Assembly (NCBI RefSeq): GCF_036321535.1
Contig: NC_087449.1
Coordinates: forward strand, 48,608,001-48,672,000
DNA: 64,000 nucleotides
Origin: Camelus dromedarius
Lineage: Eukaryota
Direction: 5' to 3'
Shown: piece by piece, positions 1 to 11,941 of the stretch
Layout: each line of letters starts with the position of its first letter
Position numbering within the stretch: the stretch's first letter is position 1
Translations under genes and position numbers: made by a program
Notes under the pieces: generated by a model
Database searches by the model: none
Seen by the model: the letters and a program-made list of their open reading frames with translations, nothing else
Told to the model about the DNA's origin: nothing

Positions 1-1466
1 CTCTGATTAAAATGTGAACTAGAAAACAAGAAAATTAGTACCTATGTGAGGTAGTTTAATAAGCAAAAACTTCAAAATCATGAGACCCATGGTGGGAGGG
101 GAGGAAGTTCAACAAGGGAAAGGGGAAGGAGTCTCTGGAGGGAAGAGTTTAGAAGCACTAGTGTAATTCACCAGCCTCGCTTTAAAAATAGAGAAACTGT
201 TGGATCAGAGAAGTTGAGTGATTTTCCCCATAGCACATGAGGGGCCTTGGCAGAGGTGAAACTCAAACCAGGCTTCTACCTCCTTTATCAAGGTACTCTC
301 CTCTATTGTTCACTTCCTGGAAAGTCTAAAGAGGGTAGGGAATCCTGAGAGTTCATGGAGAAAAATAGACCAGGAAGGAGGTTTGATCATTGTGCGGTTA
401 AGAAAGGCCTTTTTCTCTAAAACAGTTCTCCCTCTACCTAGAATGTGTGTTGTGAGTATACATTTACTGGACTGGTGAATACAAGTGTCCGTGCATATGG
501 AGGTCTATGAATCAGTGAGCATTGTGCTTATGTGTTCACGCCCGTGGGTGTGTAAGAGTCTGTGTGTGCAGATGGATGTATAACAGAACAGGGTATGTAT
601 AATTTGTGCCTGTCCCTATATAATTGTGTTGTCTTATATGCATGTATTTATTTATACAAAATGTGGGTCCCATCTTAGTCTTAGTTTGACAAAGATTGCT
701 GGGTAGCCAAAATGATCAAACCAAGTTAAAAAATGAGGTCAGCAAAAAGAAAATCAAAATTAAAGCTTAATATAAATTTCTCATCAGAAGGAAGGAACGA
801 AGGAAGGAAGGAAGAAAGGATGGGAGGAAGGGGGAACAGATCCAGAGAATCCCCAGGGCTCTTAAGACCAGCAACAAGGGCAGATTCTGGGGTGAATGAA
901 ACAGGACATTCTCTCCCAGCTCAGGAATTCAAGGTCAATAGAAGGAATTTTGTAGGTTCCAGATCTCCTCTGACCAGGGTCTGTAATGTTTTCTGTCAAA
1001 CTCAAGGTCTGTCCATGGTCCACAGAGCACTTTGTACCGGTTATAAAGGGCCACTTCCCTGTGGTTTCAAACAGAGAGTGGAATGAGGACTAGATTTCAG
1101 TTCCTACCCCTTCTTGTCCATTAGCACAGTGCCCAACACACATAGTGGTCCTGCTCATGCTGTAGAATTGATCAAAATTTCCAGGCTGCATGAAGCTTCT
1201 GGACTAGATTTTCTGATCCCAGGGTTGTTTAGGAATCATATCTCAGTGAGTTCTATTCTTGCCAACTTGTTCACTTTTATTGATTCCATAGACATGATCT
1301 TGCCTGGCTGGGCCTAGAAGGTGTTTTGTCCCCTTAAAAAAAAATATCCAACACTTTTCCTCCTCTGAACTGTAAACCTATTCATTTGTTAAACATTCTG
1401 TCCAAAATGTGTGCCAGCTTCTTGCCTGGTTTTCTCTGGCTAATGCTTTATGTTAAAAATAGGCAA

Positions 1467-1830
1467 GGTAGGGAAGGTATATCTCAGTGGTAGAGTGTGA
1501 GGTCCTGGGTTCAATCCCCAGTACCTCCACTAAGAAATAAACGTAATTACTTGTTGGCATTGTACAGAAATTAACAGCCATATTGGTCTAGAAGCATTAA
1601 ACATAATTTTTTGCGTTTGTATAGGGGTAACACACTGTATTGAATATATAAGTTCTTACCTACATAGGTTTGATTACAGAAACTAATAAAGTATTCTCTA
1701 AATAATGAAAAAAAGAAATAAACCTAATAACTTAATAAATAAACCTAATTACCTCCCCTAAAACAATAACAACAAACAAACAAACAAGCAAAAGAATTGC
1801 AAAAAAAAAGAAACTAAATTAAAAAAAAAG
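1467..1830 (+). mobile_element. Camelid tRNA-derived SINE (Vic-1-like), internally deleted, with a nested retroposed insert
   Basis: A-box (GTATATCTCAGTGGTAGAG) and B-box (GGTTCAATCC) followed by the AAATAAACCTAATTACCTCCCC tail and an A-rich end. Interrupted at 1553-1712. Confidence 0.85.
1553..1712 (+). pseudogene. 5'-truncated retroposed mRNA 3' end (processed fragment), source gene not identified
   Basis: Non-repetitive AT-rich sequence ending AATAAA (1685-1690), then 17 nt, then an oligo-A. Flanked by a 21-bp duplication with 2 mismatches (1532-1552 and 1713-1733). Confidence 0.65.
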
Positions 1831-1969
1831 CAGGCAGGCTATTCCACTGCAGACCACTGTTGTACTCTGGGCCACTTTGTGGCAAAATCTGTCAGGAATA
1901 ATTTAAAATATTTTCTTGGTTTTTTTCCTTTGGCCAAGATTTGGTTATTGGCAAAATTGCATATTTTCA

Positions 1970-2090
1970 GGGGGAGGGTATAGCTCAGTGGTAGAGTGCG
2001 CACTTAGCATGCACCAGGTCCTAGGCTCAACCCCTAGTACCTCCATTAAATAAATAAATAAGTAAACTGAATCACCTCCCTGACCAAAAA
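1970..2090 (+). mobile_element. Camelid tRNA-derived SINE (Vic-1-like)
   Basis: Starts GGGGGAGGGTATAGCTCAGTGGTAGAG, has a B-box and A-rich tail. Degenerate 17-bp TSD: AAAATTGCATATTTTCA (1953-1969) and AAAACTGCGTATGTTCA (2091-2107). Confidence 0.9.
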
Positions 2091-2296
2091 AAAACTGCGT
2101 ATGTTCAATGAAGAGACTGGACTGTGGATGCCCACACAGCCCTCATCATGGTACTCAATAATCAGGGTTGACAGGCATGGTAAATAATTTCTTGTGGGTA
2201 AAACAAGGATGTGTCCTTTTTCATGTTTTCCCTCTTTGATATAATACCACCTTTGAATGAACCCCGTGAGTTCACAGAGTTCACAAAAACAAAACA

Positions 2297-2490
2297 GGGG
2301 GGAGGGTATAGCTCAAGTGGTAGAGCCCATGCTTAGCATACATGAGGTCCTGGGTTCAATCCCCAGTACCTCCATCAAAAAACTAAATAAATAGATGAAC
2401 CTAATTACCTCCTCCCTGCAATAAATAAATAAATAAATAATTTTTTAAAAATTTTAAAAATGAAAAAGAATATTTAAAAAACAAAAAACA
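2297..2490 (+). mobile_element. Camelid tRNA-derived SINE (Vic-1-like)
   Basis: Same head, GGTTCAATCC B-box, CCTAATTACCTCC tail and (TAAA)n. AAAAACAAAACA occurs on both flanks. Confidence 0.9.
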
Positions 2491-3879
2491 AAAACAAAAC
2501 AGAAAGATAAGCCTTCTCTTGCATGCAAACAAGATGGCTTTATTCTCACAAGCTTGGAGCAGCTTGGACCTAGACCTGATTCTAATAGATAATTATTGCC
2601 ATAAACAAGGACTGTAGAACAATCATTCTAAAGATGATATTTTTGGTAAAGGATCCTCCAACTAGGAACTTGTACATCCCTAGTAATTCCTTTTATTGGG
2701 TCCCCTTCCTCATGTACCTTTGTATGTATTTTGCATCAAGGGGGTTTTATCAGGACTAGTTTGGCAATCCAGACCACTTTATTAAAGTTTCTGAGAGTCT
2801 GCAGGGCAGGGAGTTTTCAGGTCACCATGTCCATGTCACAGTGACCCAAGTTCATTCCCAAGGCCTCTTAGTCACTCACTGGCAGAGGGCCTTTGGGCAG
2901 GTTATTACACCTTTCTGAGCCTCCCTCAGTTCCTTTATCTTCAAAAAAAGGACCTGCATCTAGGATTACTGTAAGCATTATACGTGATATCTAGATGATC
3001 TTATATAATAAAATACTTTAAATGGTGCTTGGTACAGAGTAAGGCCTGAAAAATGAGAAGATAGTTATTTGAGGCTAGCATGGGCATTTCATTACCCCAG
3101 CCCGAAGCATTTTCAATTTCCTTTCTGATTTTTGGCACTTCCACAGACCACTTTTTCACCTTTAATATATTTACCTCAAATGGAAACTACCAAAAATGGA
3201 AAACCAGTTACCACCAGCCATAAATAGAAATCAGTATATATTAAAATAAACACATACTATAATACATACATTCACATTTGTAAATGTTCATTCATTACCC
3301 CCCTAAAATCACTCACCTGCATCAATGGTGCGCGGGCCATGTTTGGGAAAATGTACTGCAACACAAGCTTTGGGCTTAGGCCTCTACTGGTGAATTGGAG
3401 GAGGCACAGTTTTCTTACTTAGCCAACCTATCGACCAAAATTTAATGGCTCTGCCTTATGTGTCAGGCTCTGACCTAGAGCTGGGAACACAGAGGTGAGT
3501 TGACAGAGAGGTCCCTGTGCACTTGGCCCTGCCCTCTGTGACAGAGGTGGGTGCCCCTCTTCCGGGCCAGTCCATTTTCACAGGAGGCATTCAGGCCCGT
3601 CTTCAACTTGCTGATCTGTAATGTCTGTGACTCCCGACAACACTGACAACGCAAAACAGCAATACTTGCCAGGAAACAGCATCTCAAAATCACCACCATT
3701 ACCCATTAAACCAAGTTAACGACATTTAGCTAAAAGCATTGAAGATGAGGTAGATCTCCATGCATTGATGTGGAAATAGGTCCCAGACATAACACGGCAA
3801 GCAAGTTACAGAACAGAATGTAGAGTATAAGCCTATTTGCATTTAAAGATGTATATATAGGGGATTCTTTTAAGCCAGG

Positions 3880-4100
3880 CTCTGTTCTAAGCCTTTATTT
3901 GCATGACTTCATGTAATTCTCATAATAATCCTATGAGGTAAGTACTATTAATAGCCCCATTTTACAGATGCAAAAACAGAGGCTAAAATGGGGCAAAACA
4001 ATTTGTCTGAGGCCTCATAACAAATAAGTCTGTGGAGTGGCAAGTCGAACCCCATTCTACCTGCCTCAAGAGACTAGGCTCTTAACCAGTACGCTTTTCA
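3880..4100 (+). mobile_element. MIR SINE
   Basis: MIR core-like: TAATTCTCATAATAATCCTATGAGGTAAGTACTATT...CCCCATTTTACAGATG...AGAGGCT. Confidence 0.7.
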
Positions 4101-5057
4101 GCAGCCACACACACAGAGGAAAATCTGGCAGGATGCACACCAAACTGTTCACAATGAGCATATCTCAAGAGTGAGACTGGAAGAAGCCGCATTTCTTATA
4201 TTTTTTTAAGTTTAATTTTCTTTCTTTTCTTTCTTTCTTTCTTTCTTTCTTTTTAAAGTTTAATTTTCTTTAAATTGAATATAGTTGATTTACAATGTTG
4301 TGTTAGTTTCCTGTGTCTCTTATATTTCTTTGAATGCCTCAGTACTGTTTGAATTTTTAAAAACAGCCACATGCTAATTTTGTAATTGAAAAACAAAAAA
4401 AAAAAACAACAAAACCACCACCAACGCAGAAACTCCACCAAGAAATAAAATCACCTGAGAAAGATCAACCATACAGCTTGCCCTTCCACTCTTCTCCTTG
4501 TCTCAAGAGGTGCAGGCATGGGACAGGGGTACAGGGGAAAAGATTCTGTGATGACAGAAGTCTGGGAAACACTGAACTGGTTAGAAACAATCAAACAGGG
4601 AGACTTTCTCTGGGGAGACTCTCAGAGCTTCAATAAGCTAACGTTGATCACGAAGTAAATATGGGACACTCTGCAGCTGAGGCCATGTTAATTTGTCCCC
4701 AGAACCATTTCCTTTCCAGGTGCCTCATGGGCCTAGCATTCTTTAAAACACACATCGGAAATGCCACTTACAAGACTTTAAAAGCAAGTCTGTATTTGGT
4801 TGGTAGAGGCCACGTCCCTGGATGGTATCTTTGTCCCACCTGCCCCCATCCTACCTACGTACGCAGCTACCCTCAGCATTGCTTTCAATGAATTGAGCCT
4901 GGTCTTGAAGCCATCAGCATGGGTGTGTGTATGGATTTGTAGGATCCAGTGTGTGATGTATGTGCAGTCCCTGCTTCTGCCTCTGAATGTACATGCACAC
5001 ATACATTTTCCAATGATGATATAAATGTTGTTTGGGCTAGAGAGGGAGGGTGCCCGT

Positions 5058-5060
5058 TGT

Positions 5061-5107
<47 letters not shown>
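5058..5107. repeat. (TG)n microsatellite, about 21 uninterrupted units (5066-5107)
   Basis: Read directly from the sequence. Confidence 0.98.
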
Positions 5108-5109
<2 letters not shown>

Positions 5110-5329
5110 GCTGTGTATGGGACCCTCGTCTAAGGTGGATCCTGTGGCTCAGCCTAGAATTCTCACACCTACTATACACAGGAAACAAGTTCATTTGCAA
5201 AGCCACACCACAAGTGTGAGGGAATGGGCTGCTCACTGGCCTGCCAAGGTGCTGAGTAGGAGTAATTCTGGGTGTGGACAGCGCCCCCCTACCCCTTGGT
5301 GCACAATTTGCAAGAGAAGGTGGGGTGTT

Positions 5330-5530
5330 AACCTCCATTAAGCACCTACTATGTGTCAGGTACTATCCAGGGCACACTGCAGCCATTATTTTCTCTTTGA
5401 TTCCCCACAAGCACTCTGTAAGGGAGGGATTTACTATTGTCTCTTTACCAATAAGTAAACTGGAGTTCAGAGCGGTGAAGCCACTTGTTCAAGGAAATGG
5501 CAGAACCGGAATTGTGCCCGGTCGGACTCC
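5330..5530 (+). mobile_element. MIR SINE
   Basis: ATTAAGCACCTACTATGTGTCAGG...CTCTGTAAGGGAGGG...AAACTGGAGTTCAGAGCGGTGAAGCCACTTGTTCAAGG resembles the MIR consensus. Confidence 0.65.
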
Positions 5531-7104
5531 GAAACGCACATCCCTTGCACTACACCAAACCCCCCGGCTCTCTTGCGTTTGGTCTTGCTCTGCGGTTGGG
5601 GTCTCTGTCCTCATGGTACCCAAGGAACAGAACCCAGGGACAGTGACCTTGGTTTCATGTCCTAGGTACTCTGCAAAACAGGCCTTTGTCCTTCTCAGAA
5701 CTGCCTTGACTCTTCCAGGAAGCCTTTTCTCGTCCTCTGAACCCTCACCTGTTCTCTTGCCCTATCACTTGGGACTTTTTCCTTTTGAGAAGAACCTCTG
5801 TCCCTGAGCCCCGAGGGCAAGGGACAGTGAATTATCTATCAGCACAGGTTGGATGTAGGAGACTGCTTAGGCCCGTCCAGGGTCTGGATGAGCCCTCTTG
5901 ACATGTGGGGAGTCAGCATGTTTTCCCAGACCCCGAAAGAGGCTGTAGGCCTTGGAGCTGGGGAGAAAAGAAAGGCTGGGACATGCTGACTCGGTGGAAA
6001 CTATGTGTCAAGAAAAACTCCAGTGGTGGATGGTGAGGCAGGGGAAACCTGGAAAGTCTGGCTCAGGTGGGGACTTACCCCATAAACTGCAGGCCGAGAG
6101 CTAGAAAGTGAGGGGGTGGACAGGGAGGTGACTCGGCCTCCCTGGGCCTCTACCTTCCTGGGGTTTGAAGCAGGAATCAGCAGAACACGTTGGCCCTACA
6201 CATGCAGCAGCAGTGGAGGGTGGGGGACTGGAGCAGGAGGGAGCAAAGGGAAGAGGGGAGGACATCCTGTGGACACAAGGCAGGGGCAGGAGTGGCAATT
6301 TTCCAGATGGAGGTCCTTGCCCAGGGCCAACTGCATCCCTGTCCGGGATAAAAATAGCCCTTCCTCTTCCCTTCACCCATCATTCTCTCAACCTCCCCCA
6401 TAACTTCCCAGAGTCCTGTCAGATACTTCCATGCTGGAGGCCCCATCCCAGATGATAAATATCCCCTCACATGTCCATCCGTTCCCAACGGAAGATGCCT
6501 CCCTCTCTCAAGCAATGCTGGTCACTGATTCTAAAATCACTTCTCACGTGTCTATCCGTATGCTCCGGGTTTCTCCTCTCTCCCTGTCCCTCAGGAGATC
6601 TTGTCACCGGGGTCTGCCCCAGCAACCAGAAGGATACTTGGGACCCCAGACTCAAGGTTGTCCATCACCCGGCTCCATGAGGGATCATACCCCAGGCCAT
6701 CACCTCTCCCAGGGACTGTGGGGAGGGAGTGCTTTGCCCAGTCTGGGCCTCAGGAGGCTGATCCATCACGGGGTGAGGGACTGGGTTTAGGGATTTCTGA
6801 ATGCCTTTTCAGTACCTGTCAGTCCAGATCACCAAGAAAAATGCTCCCAGTGAGATGGGGACTGATGGCGGGCAGTGTGGCAGACAAGAGAGAGAACAAG
6901 TACCCAGGAAAAAAGGTAATCTGGATGTTCTGCCTGCTCCCACCTGACCTCCAGCCAGGTTATTCTGTCCCCCCAGCCTGATGGGCTGCTGCATACCCAG
7001 GGAGCCTGGCTCCATGCCCAGCTGCAGCCCTCTGCTCTCAGGCCCCCTAGGCAGACTCTCGGCCCTTACCGCAGCCCCTGGTCCCTGTTCCCAGTATTTC
7101 TTAC

Positions 7105-7239
7105 CTGCCCAGCACAGGAGCCCTCTGGCCCCATTCACATGGTCTTCCTGGCCTAGCCTGGCTGCCCAGACACAGTTTCAGCTCCCCTCAGCGTCGTAGC
7201 CACCGCCTGTCTCCTCGCACCCACGTCCCACCCTGACTT
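7105..7239 (-). other. LCK: LCK distal-promoter non-coding first exon (type II transcript 5'UTR)
   Basis: Minus strand reads AAGTCAGGGTGGGACGTGGGTGCGAGGAGACAGGCGGTGGCTACGACG...CCATGTGAATGGGGCCAGAGGGCTCCTGTGCTGGGCAG|GTAAGA, closely matching the human LCK 5'UTR as I recall it. Position next to FAM167B fits synteny. Confidence 0.85.
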
Positions 7240-7330
7240 CCTGCCTCCTCCTGAGGGCTCCGCAGCCAACCGGGCCCCAGCAGCCCAACCACAAGCCTCC
7301 AGCACCCAAAGCTTCCTGCTGCTATAGCCC
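7237..7330 (-). promoter_or_regulatory. LCK: LCK distal promoter core with ETS, RUNX and TCF/LEF-like sites
   Basis: CTTCCTG (ETS) at the putative TSS 7237-7243, AACCACA (RUNX) 7287-7293, CAAAG (TCF/LEF-like) 7307-7311 abutting CTTCCT (ETS) 7312-7317. No TATA box. Confidence 0.65.
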
Positions 7331-9092
7331 CTGGCCTCTCAGCCCTTGGGGATCCTATACATCTCCAATCTAGGCCCTCCTCCCCCTGAGGGTGGCACTC
7401 GGAGGTGAAGGGAGGGTATTTGATGGAACCTTCCTCCTGCTCTCCAGGGTGCACCTGGACAAGAAATTCAAGGGGCAGCCTTTAAACTCCAATGAACAGG
7501 AGACAGACAAGCACTCAGCTTTCTGTGAAAGGCAAGTAGCACCACCACCATAGTCACAGTCTGAGAGATGAGTGACCCTTTCATTACAGTCGGAGGGCAG
7601 AAGTAACATCACCACAGAGTCAGAGGAGAGGACAACATCCCTGTGAAATTGTTGGAGAGCAGACACCGTGTTACAGTCAGACAGATACCAGGCTACCAAT
7701 GTTGCCAGTCTCGGCAGCCGAACACCAGCCAAGTCATCTCAGGACACAGGATAATAGTTTTATTACGTGCAGAGGGTAGGCTAACATCCCTTTCACAGAC
7801 AGAACACCTTTTACAGTCAGAAAGCCCGATGACAGGCTGTTTGAGGGAGCGGGCAGGACAACCCTGTGTCTTTAAGAGGGCAGAGTAAGAGCCTCTGATG
7901 TAGGCAGTGAGCAGGACAGCACCAACTAATTATGGTTGGAGAGAAGGGCAATCCTTCTAACCCAGGTAGAGGCCAGGCCACAGCCCTGTCAGAGGAACAG
8001 GGTCTGGCACCACCTCCTGCAACAGATGGAAGACAGAACAAACACTCCCGTCCAGGCACCCAGGTGCAGGCGGCAGACTGGCAGCACTTTCTGTTATGGG
8101 CAGGAGGCAGGAACCTTGACACAAGCAGCAAGTAGGCCAACAATCTCCCTTTCCCCTGGGACCCTGCTGAGGGTAGCACCCATCGTAGGCTGAGGGACAG
8201 GTCACCACTGTTATGAGGAACTCTAGGTGGCCTCTATTAGGCACAAGAACTGGGCCTTGACCCCACCCAGAGGAAAACATACATGTGTTTCCACCCCTTG
8301 AGCCTGCACTAAGTTAGCAGGTTGGGGGAAGGGAGCCCACAGAGCATTGTTGGGGTTTGTGAGGTGGAAGCCTATGCTGTGTTCACCTCAGCTGCAGAGA
8401 GAAGGGGGAGACAGGAAATGGGTGGGGGAAGAGGAAGCCTGAGTTGGAAAGTCAGACAAAGAGGGTAACACAGAAACAAAAGCTGAGAAATACAAAGTTT
8501 GAAAAAAAACTACAGAATGACACAGAGCTCAGAGTCCCAGCTGCGGGCCCCAGCTCCCCTTGCTCTGAACCTGAGCACCTCCCAGCCCATCTCTGGGCCT
8601 CAGCACCACAGCAACAATACCACTGGGGACAGTAATCATACTCAATAGAAAGTTCACATTTATTGAGGGCTTACTGTGCATTATCTCACTTAAGATATAT
8701 CAAACTACTGGGGAGTGAGAATTAGCATTTTCATTTTAGAGGTAAAGAAACAGATGCAGGGGTTAAGGGAGCCCCTCAAGATCCAATAGAAACAAATGGT
8801 GATGTCGGCATTGAACCCAGGTCTATCAGATCCTGCATTCTTCAGCTGCCCATTTAGCCAAGTCTCCTTCCATAGGGGTGATTTAGATTTTAAGTTCTTT
8901 TTCAGTTCTGATCTTGGTAAGGTGAAGAGAGAGAGATGGCGCTGTGGGAGAGTTGGGGATCCATTAGTCTATCTCCCTCCCCAAGGCCAGCATTCTCTCC
9001 TCCAGTGGAATCCTTGGTCCCTTCAACATGCAACATACAGCGACCTTTGGACTGAATAAATGACTGCAGAGTCCTTGATGGGAAGCAGGGCG

Positions 9093-9098
9093 TTTATT
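9093..9098 (-). terminator. FAM167B: FAM167B polyadenylation signal AATAAA
   Basis: TTTATT on + strand, about 225 nt past the stop codon. Confidence 0.75.
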
Positions 9099-9323
9099 GG
9101 GGGAGCCTGGGAGTCTGTGAGCTCCTCCCCTTCCTCCTAGCCGCATTATCCTCCATCTAGGGCAGCAAGGGCAACAGGATGCTGGGGCTTTATGCTCCCA
9201 GAGAGCTGCGTGTGCCCCCACCCCTCCCCCACCCCTCACCAGGTGCTGGCTCCTCTGGGCACCCCTCCCTTCCTCCTTCCCAGGTGGGCTTCTTCCCAGG
9301 TGGGCTGGGGTAGCGGGTGCCCC

Positions 9324-10547
<1,224 letters not shown>

Positions 10548-11130
10548 TCAGGGAGGTTTGAGTGTGTCAGAGTGGGTAAGTAGATGGGTATGGGAGGCTA
10601 AGCATGCAAGGGCTGGGATTTTCCTGGACTGCTGACCCAGGGGCCACGTGATGCCCATCCGGGTTGGGGGCAGGAGGAGCTCTGCTCCTCTGGCCCCTTG
10701 GATGAATTTTATTGTCTTTGACCAGAAGGAGACACCCAGTTCCCAGAAAGGAAGTTGCTCCAGGATAAGAAAAGCATCATTCACACCAGAGTGTTGGCCC
10801 TCTTCCCAAGACGCAAGTTAAGGGAGCTGGGAGAGGATAGAGCTGCCCCCTGTCCTCACTTATGACCCTAGCTCTTGCTCTTCAGCAAAGAGTGTCCAGA
10901 TCCCTGGCACAGGAGTCAGGAGACTGGGTTCTGGCACTGGCTCTGTGGGACCTTGGACAAGTCACTGGCTCTCTGTTAGGACAGATCAATGATTTCAAGC
11001 TACACAGCTAAAGAACTTTAGGTTTCCCTGGGAATCCTTCAAGGACTGTGTGCAAGGTAAGAGCAAAGCTGTGGATAGGCTCCTAGACCTCTCTCCCCCT
11101 TCCCCATCTCAGAGCTTCAACCAGAGCAGT

Positions 11131-11940
11131 TCCCTTTTTCAAACCTTGTATTGAAATAGAACACACCCACAGAAAAATTCACGTATCATAAATACATGGC
11201 TTGATGAATTCTCCTATGTAAGCAGCACCCAGATCAAGCAACTGAGTATTACCAGCATCCAGGAAGTCTCCTTTTGTGCTTCTGGCCTATCACAACTCTC
11301 CTAATGTAATGTAACCACACAAAGGGCTCACTCCTGTGCCTGTAGTCCAAAAAGCCAAGCTTTGACAGGGTGTTTGCAGTAAAGTAAGGGTTTATTGCAG
11401 GGGGCCAAGCGTGGGAGTGGGAGACAAGCCTCAGATCCAGTCCAACTGTTTTTTGTTTGTTTGTTTCTTTTTTAAAGACGAAGAACAAAGAGGCTGGGAT
11501 TACTCACCATCTTGTGACGTTTCTGTGACATTTCTTAATCGTTTTTGTGACATTTCTTAATCGTAGTTTCAGGAGTCAGGATGTCTCTGGTTTATGATTA
11601 TCTGGCCAGGTGGTCCATGGCTGGGGGCTGATGAGCTGTTAGCTCATCTTGCCCTGGAGAAACAACTTGAGTTTGTATGTTAATGATGATATCTAGAATA
11701 GCAGTTTTAGTATGTTAATGATGTTATTGACAACAACAATTTTAGTCATCCTGACTCTGGTTGTTGAGGGTTCAATTAGTACAGGATTGAGGTCAGAGGG
11801 GACAAAAAAGGGAATAAAGTTTTGGTTAGAGAGATTAACCATAAACCTAGTAAGGGAACTAGGTTTTAGGGGGACCTGGTTTCAGTAATACTACCCTACT
11901 TTCTGACAGCATAGATTAGTTTTGCCTTTTTGTATATTTT
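11131..11940 (-). mobile_element. Old L1M 3'-end fragment split by an LTR (pieces about 11131-11309 and 11885-11940)
   Basis: AGCACCCAGATCAAG...CCAGCATCCAGGAAGTCTCC and ACTTTCTGACAGCATAGATTAGTTTTGCC resemble ancient L1M 3'UTR sequence and join across the LTR. Confidence 0.6.
11310..11884 (-). mobile_element. Solo LTR of an endogenous retrovirus (ERV1-like), 575 bp
   Basis: Begins TGTAACC and ends TTTCA (TG...CA), with a 4-bp TSD GTAA (11306-11309 and 11885-11888). AATAAA on the - strand (11391-11396). Internal 22-bp tandem duplication TGTGACATTTCTTAATCGT. Confidence 0.85.
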
Positions 11941-11941
11941 C

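Larger units (their letters stand above)
1..7104 (-). other. LCK: Distal part of the long first intron of LCK (between the distal non-coding exon and the downstream coding exons, which lie outside the window)
   Basis: Follows the GT donor (7104-7103, CAG|GTAAGA) of the LCK distal exon. Repeat-rich, and I could reconstruct no coding exon here. Synteny with human FAM167B-LCK. Confidence 0.8.

Noticed and set aside
785-832. GGAA-rich purine tract and 117-aa ORF
   Set aside because: Simple low-complexity repeat; the ORF shows no family similarity.
4778-5341. Overlapping 130-186 aa ORFs with (TH)n or (CV)n runs
   Set aside because: Artefacts of the (TG)n microsatellite.
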